Of a stretch of DNA of 64,000 bases, positions 18,436-28,920 are shown one piece after another. The stretch comes from Candidatus Pelagibacter sp. Lineage in GTDB: Bacteria > Pseudomonadota > Alphaproteobacteria > Paracaedibacterales > CAIOTO01. Made by a program: the position numbers and the translations under genes. Location of the stretch: assembly GCA_013823725.1 (NCBI GenBank), contig PNMQ01000006.1:1746-65745 (forward strand). Direction: 5' to 3'. The notes beneath the pieces were generated by a model. That model was given only the letters and a program-made list of their open reading frames with translations, made no database searches and was not told where the DNA came from. Position 1 is the stretch's first letter; each line of letters starts with the position of its first letter.

Positions 18436-18822
18436 ACATCAGGATCGATAAGCCGGGTTCTGTCTAGATCAAAAGATATGTACCTATCTTTCAACCGAGG
18501 CTATCATTCATCTAGGATTGCATTTACACACAACCTCGAGCAACCTACCCGAACAGCATCAAAGAACAAACACTTTGTGATAAAATCAGCACTGTTCCTA
18601 TTTGGTCTTGCTTCAAGTGGGGTTTACCCTGCCACGCATGTTACCATCCGTGCGGTGCGCTCTTACCGCACCATTTCACCCTTACCTATTTGCATAGGCG
18701 GTATAATTTCTGTGGCACTTTCCCTACGCAGGTTTGTCTGCGCGCCGGCCATTAACCGGCACTTTGTTTATTTGAAGCCCGGACTTTCCTCTTTCAAAAA
18801 AAAGCGATAACCTGATCCCTTC
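18436..18822 (-). ncRNA. rnpB: RNase P RNA (bacterial type A)
   Basis: The reverse complement contains the universal GAGGAAAGTCCGGGCT (P4 5' strand), then GTGCCACAGAAA, GGTAAGGGTGAAA, GCGGTAAGAGCGCACC and GGTAAACCCCAC, ending in the 3' ACAGAACCCGGCTTATCG. The ends pair as P1 (ATCAGG with CCTGAT). Confidence 0.9.
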
Positions 18823-19103
18823 CTAATTATACCAAAATTATAAAATAAAATAAACAGCTTAAAAAGGCATGACCTATACTTTATAAAAAATATAGATTTT
18901 TTTCAATTTTACATAAATATAAAATAAAATCTAATTATTTAAATATTAACAAAGTAAAATGTAACTTTTTGAACACAGGCCATATTTTAGGTATCATAAA
19001 AATACCGTTTTCTTATCAAACACACCAATAAAATGGTTAATGTTTACAGTAGTTATAAAAATTGTTTGTAACATCATTTTACAATTTTAAAAGAGGATAA
19101 GGT

Positions 19104-19880
19104 ATGAAAAAAATAAGCTTAGCTATTTTAGCATTAACAACATCTGCAGTCATGGCAGAACAAGTTGGCAAACCAGCACAAGGTTTTTATTTAGGTGCTT
19201 CAGCTGGCGTTGGTTCAACGCAAGCTAAAACAACATTAGCATCTGTAGGTCATAATGCTGGTGAAAATCATAACGACACTATCAAATACTCTGCTAATGG
19301 ATTCATGGGTGGTCTTATTGTGGGTTACAACCGTCAATTTAATAACTTTGTATTAGGTTTAGACCTTTATGGTGGCCTAGACACAACCAAAGAAGACGTA
19401 CGTAACGCTATTCCTTCAGGAAACGCTGCCAATAATTGGGAAGTATCAAAAACTAACTTAAAACGTAAATCTTATTTAGGTTTTGCACCACGTGCAGGTT
19501 TCATGGTAACACCAAGCACATTATTATATGTAAAAGTAGGTGCAGAAATGGGTAAATGGGAATACACTATAACACCAGATGCTGAGCAAATTAATACCTT
19601 TTCAAACGTATCTCAAACTCCTGCAATAAAAGCTGCGTCATCCAAAAATTTTACAGCATCAAAAAATAAATTATGTTTAGCACCAGGTGCGGGTGTAGAA
19701 ATATACAAAGGTAAAATGTTGTTCCGTATGGAATATACTTACCTGACAGGTCCAAAACTTAAAGTAAGCCAAGATTTATCAGCATTTAAAGCTGAAAACC
19801 TTACTACAGCAGATTCTTTATCTCATGAAGCAAAAATTAGCCAACATCAAATTAAATTTGCAATTGCATATAAATTCTAA
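19104..19880 (+). CDS. Outer-membrane beta-barrel protein (OmpA-like/porin-like beta-barrel family)
   Basis: Signal peptide MKKISLAILALTTSAVMA, alternating-hydrophobic beta-strand pattern, glycine-rich GFYLGASAGVG, and a C-terminal aromatic end AIAYKF. Confidence 0.75.
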   Translation: MKKISLAILALTTSAVMAEQVGKPAQGFYLGASAGVGSTQAKTTLASVGHNAGENHNDTIKYSANGFMGGLIVGYNRQFNNFVLGLDLYGGLDTTKEDVRNAIPSGNAANNWEVSKTNLKRKSYLGFAPRAGFMVTPSTLLYVKVGAEMGKWEYTITPDAEQINTFSNVSQTPAIKAASSKNFTASKNKLCLAPGAGVEIYKGKMLFRMEYTYLTGPKLKVSQDLSAFKAENLTTADSLSHEAKISQHQIKFAIAYKF

Positions 19881-19901
19881 AAATAAGAAGAGGACAAAAA
19901 T

Positions 19902-19928
19902 AAAAAAAACCCGAAAGGGTTTTTTTTA
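19902..19928. terminator. Bidirectional rho-independent terminator
   Basis: AAAAAAAACCC-GAAA-GGGTTTTTTTT lies between the convergent genes ending at 19880 (+) and 19960 (-). Confidence 0.85.
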
Positions 19929-19959
19929 TTTGTTAGAATTTTAAAATGCCAAACCATCT

Positions 19960-21678
19960 TTACGACGATAAATATTTAAGAATACCTGCTTGAGGACTAC
20001 GCAATCCGCCATTATCAAGAATATGGCCTAGCAATAGATCTCTTGCACTTTCACTAGTTACAATTTCAGGTTTTTCGACAGCTAATCTTTCGTATAATGA
20101 TACATCACGAACCGTTCTAAGGTTACATCTCATATCCATTAGAACCTTTTTAACATCAGCTTCTGTTACAGGAACAAGATCTGGCGATTGCGAACGGCTA
20201 GATGATGCACTAGCTGCACCTGCACCTACGATACTACCAGCATTACTTGAAAATGAACCTGAAGCAACCGATCCAAATCTAGTTGATGACGAGACAGAGG
20301 ATGGAACGAGTGCCATATTACCAGAACCTGGAGCAACCGATCCTGATGCACTTGAAGACAACGCAGGGAATGGAGGTTCAATATTACCAGAACCGAATCT
20401 AACCGCAGGTGATGATGACATCTTATTTATATTTAGAGCCTGTTGTAACTGGTAAACTGCTTCATCATAACTAAGACGTCCATTTCTCCATTCGCGGAAA
20501 AAGGTATTCATTAGTCTATCACTAATCTTACCAACATTGGCAAGTGCTTGAATATTATTTGATATTGTGCTTCTGAATACTTGATCTGCAAAAGATTCAG
20601 GAACGTTAAAAATTATAGATAAAATACTCTTAGAATCCCATCGATTGTCTATGCTTCGATTTACAAATTCTTTTACCTTATTCAAATCGAAATTTTCTGC
20701 GTCAAAATTACGAATCGGTAATCCAATTGATGTGCTTGAACTATTCATGGGTGCTGCGTCTAATGATGCACAGTATGGGGAACCTGAAGATGTAGATCCA
20801 CGAACAGCGTCATCATAGAGTTTTCTAGCATTAACATAATCGTTTTTTAACAAAAGTTGGTATAATGGACCATAAAATTCTTCACCCTTACCAAGACGTG
20901 AAGCCACACCTTGTGACAATACATCTTTCATAAGAGTCGCATTGTTGGCATACGAGTCTACGTCTATTATAGATCCTGTATATTTGCGAAAATCTATTAA
21001 CTCCTTCGATACAGGATCTGAAACAGCTGATACATTTGGACTTTCAAAACCACCATTTAATGCTTGATCATCTGCTATTTTTTTGACTAACAGACCATGA
21101 ATATCCTTATACTCTTGTTGTGCTTTTTCTTCAGATACCGAAGCTGCCTTCTGAAGGAAACTTTCAACTTTAGCCCTATTCGACTTAGAAGAGGAAATAA
21201 GATTACTCATATGCGTGTCAAGTAGCATTTTCAAATCTTTTAAATTATTGGGAAGTGATCTCAACCCTAAATCTTCGGCTAATCTCAGCCAACTTTGGTA
21301 GATACTGACACCTGGCGCTACAGAAGAAAAATTACGATCCACCGCAGATGTAGAAGAAGGTCTAGATGTTGTTTGGTATGATAATTCATCATCTGAACTC
21401 CAAGCTTTATTGTCCTCTTCGCCATCAGAATCTTGCGCTTCTGGAGACATTGCTGCTGCACGGTTTAGCATGGCGTGACGAAATATTGCTTTATTAGTGG
21501 GTGCTGAATCAGCTAACGGTCTTTGATGAATTTTAGGTTTTAACTTAGATTGACTATCACTATTAATCTCTCCCAAAAAATTTGACTTATTTGCAGTAGG
21601 TTCATCTGCCATACTTATACCAAAGCTGACATCTGATAGAGCTGAAGTTAACAATAATAAAGATAAAATTTTTTTCAT
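19960..21678 (-). CDS. Hypothetical secreted protein, Ser/Gly/Ala-rich repeats near the C-terminus
   Basis: Signal peptide MKKILSLLLLTSALSDVSFG (the ATG at 21678 is preferred over 21690). Acidic/Ser-rich N-region, and repeated RFGS...S-rich segments encoded at about 20185-20425. No recognised domain. Confidence 0.6.
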   Translation of the reverse strand: MKKILSLLLLTSALSDVSFGISMADEPTANKSNFLGEINSDSQSKLKPKIHQRPLADSAPTNKAIFRHAMLNRAAAMSPEAQDSDGEEDNKAWSSDDELSYQTTSRPSSTSAVDRNFSSVAPGVSIYQSWLRLAEDLGLRSLPNNLKDLKMLLDTHMSNLISSSKSNRAKVESFLQKAASVSEEKAQQEYKDIHGLLVKKIADDQALNGGFESPNVSAVSDPVSKELIDFRKYTGSIIDVDSYANNATLMKDVLSQGVASRLGKGEEFYGPLYQLLLKNDYVNARKLYDDAVRGSTSSGSPYCASLDAAPMNSSSTSIGLPIRNFDAENFDLNKVKEFVNRSIDNRWDSKSILSIIFNVPESFADQVFRSTISNNIQALANVGKISDRLMNTFFREWRNGRLSYDEAVYQLQQALNINKMSSSPAVRFGSGNIEPPFPALSSSASGSVAPGSGNMALVPSSVSSSTRFGSVASGSFSSNAGSIVGAGAASASSSRSQSPDLVPVTEADVKKVLMDMRCNLRTVRDVSLYERLAVEKPEIVTSESARDLLLGHILDNGGLRSPQAGILKYLSS

Positions 21679-21894
21679 ACATTTCTCCAATTTAGAATAA
21701 TTACTTTTTTAAACACATGTTTATTTCTACTGTCGTAAAATATATTCTAAATTAGTGAAGAGTTAGTTAAATTTAATAAAAAAATTATATATTATTAATA
21801 TTATTTATAAAGATAAATTTTATATTTAACATCAATAAAACTATATTAGTCTGCTTTAATCCACATTCTTATGCCACAGCAATTACGACTGCAC

Positions 21895-24645
21895 CTACTT
21901 TGCATCATTCCAATTATCGCCAATACCTGCATCAACAACTAAGGGAATATCCATATACACACATGTTTCCATTATTTTTTTGATGTCTTCTATGATAGAT
22001 GTAGTTTCTAAAATATGTTGAGGTATTTCAAAAACTAATTCGTCATGAACTTGAAGAAGCATATAAGGACGGTCTTGAATATCTTTAAAAGTGTCTTGTA
22101 AATAGTTATGAATTTGATACATCGCTTTTTTAATGATGTCTGCATTGGAGCCTTGTAAAACAGCATTAACGGCCTGTCTTTCTGCAAAGTTACGAATAGA
22201 CTTGTTGCGGTCATGAATACCTGGCGTATAGCATCTTCTACCCAACAAGGTTTCGGTATACCCATGTTCTACAGCGTATTGTTTTTGAAGGTTCATAAAA
22301 TCCCCAATGCCTGGGTATTGATTCATATAGGCTTGAATCATTTGGTTAGCAGCTCCAACTGGAATAGATAACTGCTGCGCTAAACCAAAACCACTAATCC
22401 CATAAATAATTCCAAAATTTACAGTTTTTGCATAGCGACGTTGATCCGTTGTGACTTGATCATAATCTACTTTAAATAAATCTGATGCTGTTTTTTTATG
22501 AATATCTACACCTTCATGAAAAGCTTTTTTTAAAACAGGCACATCAGCAAAGTGGGTTAACAATCTTAATTCAATTTGAGAATAATCAAAAGTTACAATT
22601 TTGTATCCTTTGGGTGCTTGAAAAGCTTGGCGAATGCGACGTCCATCTTCCGTTTTAATGGGGATATTTTGAAGGTTTGGATTGGACGATGAAAAACGTC
22701 CTGTGTTCGTGCCTGTAAGTGCATAAGAGGTATGAACCTTACCTGTTTTTTCGTTTATTTGAGAAAGCAAACCTTCTACATACGTGCTTTTTAATTTAGA
22801 TAATTTTCTCCATTCAAGAAGTAACGTAGCGATTTCATGACCTTGAAAAGATAGTTCTTCTAAAACATCCGAATCTGTAGAATAGGTTCCTGATTTTGTT
22901 TTTTTGGGTTGCGGTAAATTTTGTTCTTCAAATAAAACAACACCCAATTGTTTGGGAGAACCGATATTAAATTCATGACCACATCGTTTAAAAATATCTG
23001 CCTCAAGAACGGTTAATCTATTCGTTATTTCTTCACCAAACTGAACTAAAGATTCTTTGTGAACGCAAACCCCTTTGCTTTCCATTCTCTCTATCACGCT
23101 AACTATCGGCCTTTCAATATCGTAGTACAAATGCGTCATCGGAGTTTTTAATAATTTTTGTCGAATCGTTTCATAGAGCATTAAAGTAATTTCAGCATCT
23201 TCGCACGCATATTGTGTGGCTGTTTTCAAATCGACTTGATCAAATGTTTTTTGATTTTTTCCAGAACCTACAACTTCTTGATAACTTAAGGTTTGTCGTC
23301 CTAAATGTAATTTAGCCAAAGCATCCATGTTATGCGGATGCAAAGCACCATCTAAGCAATAAGACATCAACATCGTATCTTCATAAGCTTGCAAATGAAT
23401 ACCGTGTTTTGCAAGAATACCCATATCAAACTTTAAATTTTGACCTATTTTCAAAACACCCTGATCTTCGAGCAAGGGTTTGATCAAATCAATAGCTATC
23501 TGAAAAGGTATTTTCTTTTCTAATGTATGGTGATTAAGCGGTACATAAATAGCTTCTATTTCAGAATCATAAGGCCTATAAGCCATGGAGAAACCCACCA
23601 AAACTGCATCTTGAATGGATAGTGAATTGGTTTCGGTATCAAAGGCTACTGTTCCAACTTCTGAAGCATTTTTTATAAATGATTGCAATTGATCTACGGA
23701 ATCAATCATTTGATAATTTGCCGTTGTCTGCATGATTTTTTCAACAGGTTCATCTAAATGGTCAGATTTAGGCATTTCAGTTGATTCTAAAGGCTGTAAT
23801 TTCATTCGGTTCATCAAGGTCTTAAAACCTAATTGAGAAAAGAAATTCGCTGCATCGGATGAAAAGCCCTTAAGATGTAAATCGTCAAAGGATAAGGGCA
23901 AAACTAGATCATCAACAAGATGAACCAATTTTTTTGAAATTCTTGCCTGTTCAGCAAACTGAATTAAATTTTCACGACGTTTGTTTTGTTTAATCGTATG
24001 AGCTTGTTCTAATAAATTTTCGAGTGAGCCAAAAGTTTGAATCAGTTCAGCTGCTGTTTTAATGCCAATTCCTGGAACGCCAGGTACATTGTCAGAACTA
24101 TCGCCTGCTAATGCTTGAACATCAACTACTTTCGCTGGAGAAACCCCAAATTTTTCAAAAACTTCTTTTTCATAAATCGGTTTTCTCTTAATAGGATCAA
24201 ATAAATTAACATTGTCATCAACAAGTTGCATAAGATCTTTATCGGAAGAAATAATAACAACTTCGTGGCCTGTTTCTTTGCCAACTTTTGCATAGGATGC
24301 TATTAAATCATCTGCTTCATAGTCTACCATTTCAACAAATGCTATTCCTAATTTTTCACAAACCGCGCGAAAAAGAGGAAATTGTGGAACTAAATCTTCT
24401 GGTGCAGGTGGGCGATGGCTTTTATATTCTTCATAAATTTTTTGACGAAAAGTTTGACGACCTGCATCAAAAACAACAAGAAAAGGATTATCTGGATACT
24501 CGTTAATTAAATTAAAAAGCATGCCTGTAAAACCATATACAGCACCAACTGGTGTTCCATCCAGAGCTGTTAAAGGTGGCAATGCGTGATAGGCCCTAAA
24601 AATATAGCCTGAACCATCGATCAAAAAAACTTTATTCTTTTTCAA
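21895..24645 (-). CDS. polA: DNA polymerase I
   Basis: 916 aa with a 5'-3' exonuclease domain (LIDGSGYIFRAYHA), a 3'-5' exonuclease domain, and polymerase motifs DYSQIELRLL, RRYAKTVNFGIIYG and QVHDELVFE. Confidence 0.97.
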   Translation of the reverse strand: MKKNKVFLIDGSGYIFRAYHALPPLTALDGTPVGAVYGFTGMLFNLINEYPDNPFLVVFDAGRQTFRQKIYEEYKSHRPPAPEDLVPQFPLFRAVCEKLGIAFVEMVDYEADDLIASYAKVGKETGHEVVIISSDKDLMQLVDDNVNLFDPIKRKPIYEKEVFEKFGVSPAKVVDVQALAGDSSDNVPGVPGIGIKTAAELIQTFGSLENLLEQAHTIKQNKRRENLIQFAEQARISKKLVHLVDDLVLPLSFDDLHLKGFSSDAANFFSQLGFKTLMNRMKLQPLESTEMPKSDHLDEPVEKIMQTTANYQMIDSVDQLQSFIKNASEVGTVAFDTETNSLSIQDAVLVGFSMAYRPYDSEIEAIYVPLNHHTLEKKIPFQIAIDLIKPLLEDQGVLKIGQNLKFDMGILAKHGIHLQAYEDTMLMSYCLDGALHPHNMDALAKLHLGRQTLSYQEVVGSGKNQKTFDQVDLKTATQYACEDAEITLMLYETIRQKLLKTPMTHLYYDIERPIVSVIERMESKGVCVHKESLVQFGEEITNRLTVLEADIFKRCGHEFNIGSPKQLGVVLFEEQNLPQPKKTKSGTYSTDSDVLEELSFQGHEIATLLLEWRKLSKLKSTYVEGLLSQINEKTGKVHTSYALTGTNTGRFSSSNPNLQNIPIKTEDGRRIRQAFQAPKGYKIVTFDYSQIELRLLTHFADVPVLKKAFHEGVDIHKKTASDLFKVDYDQVTTDQRRYAKTVNFGIIYGISGFGLAQQLSIPVGAANQMIQAYMNQYPGIGDFMNLQKQYAVEHGYTETLLGRRCYTPGIHDRNKSIRNFAERQAVNAVLQGSNADIIKKAMYQIHNYLQDTFKDIQDRPYMLLQVHDELVFEIPQHILETTSIIEDIKKIMETCVYMDIPLVVDAGIGDNWNDAK

Positions 24646-24657
24646 AAAATCACCACA

Positions 24658-25005
24658 TTAAATACTAAAGGAATTTCCACAGCCACAACCTGTTGCAGCA
24701 TTAGGATTAATGATTGTAAATTTAGCTGAAAAAAGATCTTGGGTATAGTCTAAAATACCATCTTTCAAAAGAGATAAAGATACTTCATCAATCACGACTT
24801 GAATATTTCCCTTATTGAAAACGATGTCGTCCTCTGTCTTACAATCATCAAAGATGAAATGATATTCAAACCCTGAACACCCACCAGCGTTAATGCTAAT
24901 TCTAAAAAAAGAGTCCTGCCCTTCGTCTTTAATCAATTTTTCGATCTGCTTTTGCGCAGCATCTGTAATTTGAAAGTCCATCGTTTCTCCTGACTTTAAC
25001 CCCAT
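24658..25005 (-). CDS. erpA: Iron-sulfur cluster insertion protein, IscA/ErpA family
   Basis: 115 aa with GGCSGFEY and the C-terminal CGCGNSF cysteine motif. Confidence 0.88.
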   Translation of the reverse strand: MGLKSGETMDFQITDAAQKQIEKLIKDEGQDSFFRISINAGGCSGFEYHFIFDDCKTEDDIVFNKGNIQVVIDEVSLSLLKDGILDYTQDLFSAKFTIINPNAATGCGCGNSFSI

Positions 25006-25724
25006 TGATATATTTGTTTTTTATGAATTTCTAACCAGTTTTTAGAATACGTAATTGTTTCTTTTGTGACAAACTTTTTAACTTGATCCCAAAATTCTTT
25101 GGAATGATTCATATGCATAAGATGAGAAACCTCATGCGCACACACATAATCAAAAACAGCTTCTGGCACCATTATTAATCGCCAATTATAATTAAGGTTT
25201 CCCAAAGTTGAACAGCTTCCCCATCTTGTTTTGACGTCCTTAATGCGTATGGCTGAAATTTTCTTTTGAATTTTTTCAGCATACAGCACCGATCTTTCAG
25301 TTGCAAAAATCCTGGTTTGTTCAACCATCCATTTGCGCATATAACGATCGACTAAATCTTTTGGACATTCAATTTTACAAATATTTTCACACGTAAAAAA
25401 AATCTTTTTTTTAAATGACTCATGGTGTTCTAATTTGATCGTATTCCCCTTAAAAAGAAAGTAAGTACCGTCTTCAAATTTTTGAGGTTTGCACTGAACG
25501 CCAAATTTAAACACTTGGTCTTTAAGCCATAGTAAATGTTTTTGCAAAAACTCAACCATTGTTTTTTTAGAAATCCGTTGAGGTGTTTTAACAAAAGCTT
25601 TCAACTGATTTGGATGGTAGCTAAGGCACATTTTCTTTCGTTGAGGTGATGGTGAATGGTAAATAGGAATATCTATTTTTTCACCATTCAAATCACACTG
25701 AAAAGATTCTAGCAATTTTGACAT
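24996..25724 (-). CDS. YgjP-like metal-dependent hydrolase (DUF45, M48-like)
   Basis: RWGSCSTLGNLNYNWRLIMVP followed by the HExxH context YVCAHEVSHLMHMNHSKEFW. Confidence 0.85.
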   Translation of the reverse strand: MSKLLESFQCDLNGEKIDIPIYHSPSPQRKKMCLSYHPNQLKAFVKTPQRISKKTMVEFLQKHLLWLKDQVFKFGVQCKPQKFEDGTYFLFKGNTIKLEHHESFKKKIFFTCENICKIECPKDLVDRYMRKWMVEQTRIFATERSVLYAEKIQKKISAIRIKDVKTRWGSCSTLGNLNYNWRLIMVPEAVFDYVCAHEVSHLMHMNHSKEFWDQVKKFVTKETITYSKNWLEIHKKQIYQWG

Positions 25725-26644
25725 AAATGGTCGGACAAAAGATCAAAATCACTGGGGATCTGTAAATTCATTACTTTAACATCCGTTGCTATACGACGAA
25801 TTAAACCCGATAAAACCTTACCAGAACCAACTTCAACAAACAAATCCACACCTTGATTTACAAGATATTGGACTGTTTCCGTCCAGCGAACTTGGCCACA
25901 AATTTGTTGAACCAATAACGGTCTTACGTATTCGAAACCATCCAACGGTTGAGCCGTCACATTCATAATAACATCAACTTGTGATTCACTAAAAGACAGA
26001 TTGGATAAAAAAACATCCATAGCCTTTGCTGCAGGCTTCATAAAAGGACTATGAAAAGGAGCACTCACAGGTAATAAAATGGCACGCTTTGCACCATTTT
26101 CTAAACATAATTTCATCGATTGATCAACAGCTTCTTTGGTTCCACTAATAACAACCTGCTCTAAAGAGTTATCGTTTGCAACAACGCAACCATCTACCAC
26201 ACGAACATCAGATGCTTTCATTCCTAAAATTGCAGCCATAGCCCCTTCACCAACGGGAACAGCCTTTTGCATTTCTAATCCACGATGACGCACAGCTTGA
26301 ATAGCATCTTTAAATTGGATAACTCCACCATAGGTTAAGGCAGAATATTCACCTAAAGAATGGCCCGCTAAAGAATGAATGTTTTTTTTATAAGAAGAAC
26401 CCATCTGTGAATCAAACACGCGTGCAGCCATCATGCTAGCTACCAACAGTGCAGGTTGGGTATTGTGTGTTAAGGTAAGATCTTCTAGAGGCCCTTCAAA
26501 CATAAGTGAAGATAACTTCACCGACAAAACATCTTCAGCTTCTTGCAATGTTTCTTTTGCAATTGAAAAAGCATCAAATAGTTCTTTTCCCATTCCAATA
26601 CTTTGAGAACCTTGGCCAGGAAAAACAAAAGCAATTTTAGTCAT
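25709..26644 (-). CDS. fabD: Malonyl-CoA:ACP transacylase
   Basis: FPGQGSQSIGMG and the active-site GHSLGEYSAL. Confidence 0.95.
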   Translation of the reverse strand: MTKIAFVFPGQGSQSIGMGKELFDAFSIAKETLQEAEDVLSVKLSSLMFEGPLEDLTLTHNTQPALLVASMMAARVFDSQMGSSYKKNIHSLAGHSLGEYSALTYGGVIQFKDAIQAVRHRGLEMQKAVPVGEGAMAAILGMKASDVRVVDGCVVANDNSLEQVVISGTKEAVDQSMKLCLENGAKRAILLPVSAPFHSPFMKPAAKAMDVFLSNLSFSESQVDVIMNVTAQPLDGFEYVRPLLVQQICGQVRWTETVQYLVNQGVDLFVEVGSGKVLSGLIRRIATDVKVMNLQIPSDFDLLSDHLCQNC

Positions 26645-26860
26645 TTATCATTTTCTTATAAAGAATAATACATAAGATATATTAACCTTTGTTGCTACAA
26701 ATATCAATTTATAATAAAATATAAGATCTGTTAAATTTCATCAAAAATCATTATTCCTATCATTCTATTTATGTTTCAACCCATAATAAGTAAGAAATTG
26801 ATTTTCAATATGTCCATGAAATGGTAATATTAGCGATGATACATTCAAATATTGCATTCT

Positions 26861-27856
26861 ATGGATAAATCAGTACAAAAAAATGAACTCGCCTCTCTAA
26901 CTCATGATGAAGCAAAAAACATTCTCAAAAAAATGATTTTGATTCGAAAATTTGAAGAAAAAGCTGGCCAACTCTATGGTATGGGTCTTATTGGTGGTTT
27001 TTGCCATCTCTACATCGGACAAGAAGCCGTTGTGATGGGTATGCAATCTGCAGCTCTTCCTCAAGACACTGTTATCACAAGTTACCGTGATCATGGCCAT
27101 ATGTTAGCTTGCGATATGACTCCACGTGGGGTTATGGCAGAACTAACAGGCAGAAGCGGCGGTTATTCAAAAGGAAAAGGTGGTTCAATGCATATGTTTA
27201 GCCGTGAAAAAAATTTTTTCGGTGGACACGGTATTGTTGGTGCACAAATTTCTTTGGGTGCCGGTCTGGCGTTTGCACATAAATACAATAAAGATAACGG
27301 CGTCTGTATGGCATACATGGGTGACGGAGCTGCCAATCAAGGGCAAGTTTACGAATCCTTTAATATGGCTGCATTATGGAAACTACCGGTTGTTTTTATT
27401 ATTGAAGATAATAAATATTCCATGGGAACTTCCACAAAACGACATGCTGCTGGTGAAGACTTTTCACAAAGAGGCGCTGCTTATGGCATCCCTGGCAGAA
27501 CTGTAGATGGTATGGATATTTTAGCTGTCAGAGAAGCAGCTCTTTGGGCATTGGAACACGCACGTACAGGCCAAGGACCTATTCTTCTCAATATTCAAAC
27601 CTACAGGTACAGAGGCCACTCTATGTCTGATCCTGCAAAATACAGGTCAAAAGAAGAAGTTGAAAACATGAGAGAATCTAATGATCCTATCGAAAAATTC
27701 AAGGCTAAACTATTAGGCCTAGATTTAATATCCGAAAAAGAAATTAAAGATATTGAAAAGGAAGTTAAAGAAAGTGTAAACGATTCTGCAGAATTTGCGC
27801 AAACTTCTCCTGAACCAGAACCTTGCGAACTATATACAGATATATTGATTGCTTAA
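26861..27856 (+). CDS. pdhA: Pyruvate dehydrogenase E1 component, alpha subunit
   Basis: TPP-binding YMGDGAANQGQVYESFNMAALWKLPVVFIIEDNKYSMGT, with the RYRGHSMSDP loop. The ATG at 26861 is preferred over the TTG at 26852. Confidence 0.95.
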   Translation: MDKSVQKNELASLTHDEAKNILKKMILIRKFEEKAGQLYGMGLIGGFCHLYIGQEAVVMGMQSAALPQDTVITSYRDHGHMLACDMTPRGVMAELTGRSGGYSKGKGGSMHMFSREKNFFGGHGIVGAQISLGAGLAFAHKYNKDNGVCMAYMGDGAANQGQVYESFNMAALWKLPVVFIIEDNKYSMGTSTKRHAAGEDFSQRGAAYGIPGRTVDGMDILAVREAALWALEHARTGQGPILLNIQTYRYRGHSMSDPAKYRSKEEVENMRESNDPIEKFKAKLLGLDLISEKEIKDIEKEVKESVNDSAEFAQTSPEPEPCELYTDILIA

Positions 27857-27902
27857 CATCTTAGTCGAAACAAAATATAAAAATCATTAAAGGTAAATAT
27901 TT

Positions 27903-28889
27903 ATGTCTTTTAAAACACAAACCGTCAGAGAAGCACTACGCGATGCCATGGCTGAAGAAATGCGTCTTGATTCAAAAGTCTATGTTTTAGGCGAAGAAGT
28001 AGCAGAATACCAAGGAGCCTACAAAGTCACACAAGGGCTTCTTCAAGAATTTGGTTCAGAACGCGTTGTTGATAGCCCTATTACCGAACATGGATTTGCA
28101 GGTCTTGGTGTGGGTTCTGCTTTCTTAGGTTTGAAACCCATTATTGAATTTATGACTTTTAATTTTTCTATGCAAGCAATTGATCAAATCATTAACTCTG
28201 CAGCTAAAACATTATATATGTCAGGAGGTCAGCTGGGCTGTCCAATCGTTTTTAGAGGCCCTAATGGTGCGGCATCCAGGGTTGGAGCACAACATTCACA
28301 ATGTTTCGCAAGTTGGTATGCACATTGTCCAGGTTTAAAAGTAGTAACCCCCTATTCTGCTGCAGACGCAAAAGGCCTTTTGAAATCAGCCATAAGAGAT
28401 CCAAATCCTGTTATTTTCCTTGAAAATGAACTACTTTATGGACGTTCTTTTGATGTTCCTGACCATGATGATTTTACCATTCCTATTGGCAAGGCAGAAA
28501 TTATTCGACCAGGCAAAGATGTTACCATTACAGCTTTTTCTATAGCTGTAGATTTTGCCCTGCAAGCAGCCGAAAAGTTAGCAGAAATAGGAATTGATGC
28601 AGAAGTTATTAACTTGCGATCCATCAGGCCTCTTGATCTTGAAACTATCATTCATTCTGTAAAGAAAACCAACAGGATTGTAAGTGTTGAAGAAGGTTGG
28701 CCTTTTGCGGGTATTGGCTCTGAAATTTGCACACTTGTTTGTGAACACTGTTTTGACGATCTAGATGCTCCACCCGTTCGTGTAACAGGTGAAGACGTCC
28801 CTCTTCCTTATGCGGCAAATTTAGAAAAGCTTGCACTACCCAATGCTGAAAAAATTGTAAACGCTGTTAAATCAATCTGCTATCTATAA
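27903..28889 (+). CDS. pdhB: Pyruvate dehydrogenase E1 component, beta subunit
   Basis: Transketolase-like pyrimidine-binding and C-terminal domains ([28 protein letters not shown]). Confidence 0.95.
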   Translation: MSFKTQTVREALRDAMAEEMRLDSKVYVLGEEVAEYQGAYKVTQGLLQEFGSERVVDSPITEHGFAGLGVGSAFLGLKPIIEFMTFNFSMQAIDQIINSAAKTLYMSGGQLGCPIVFRGPNGAASRVGAQHSQCFASWYAHCPGLKVVTPYSAADAKGLLKSAIRDPNPVIFLENELLYGRSFDVPDHDDFTIPIGKAEIIRPGKDVTITAFSIAVDFALQAAEKLAEIGIDAEVINLRSIRPLDLETIIHSVKKTNRIVSVEEGWPFAGIGSEICTLVCEHCFDDLDAPPVRVTGEDVPLPYAANLEKLALPNAEKIVNAVKSICYL

Positions 28890-28920
28890 AACCTGAAAAA
28901 TTGAAGAAAGAAGAATTATT

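Noticed and set aside
18478-18810. 110-aa forward ORF in the ORF track
   Set aside because: It lies entirely within, and antisense to, the RNase P RNA gene. The universal rnpB motifs are on the minus strand, so the ORF is an artefact of the locally GC-richer structured RNA.
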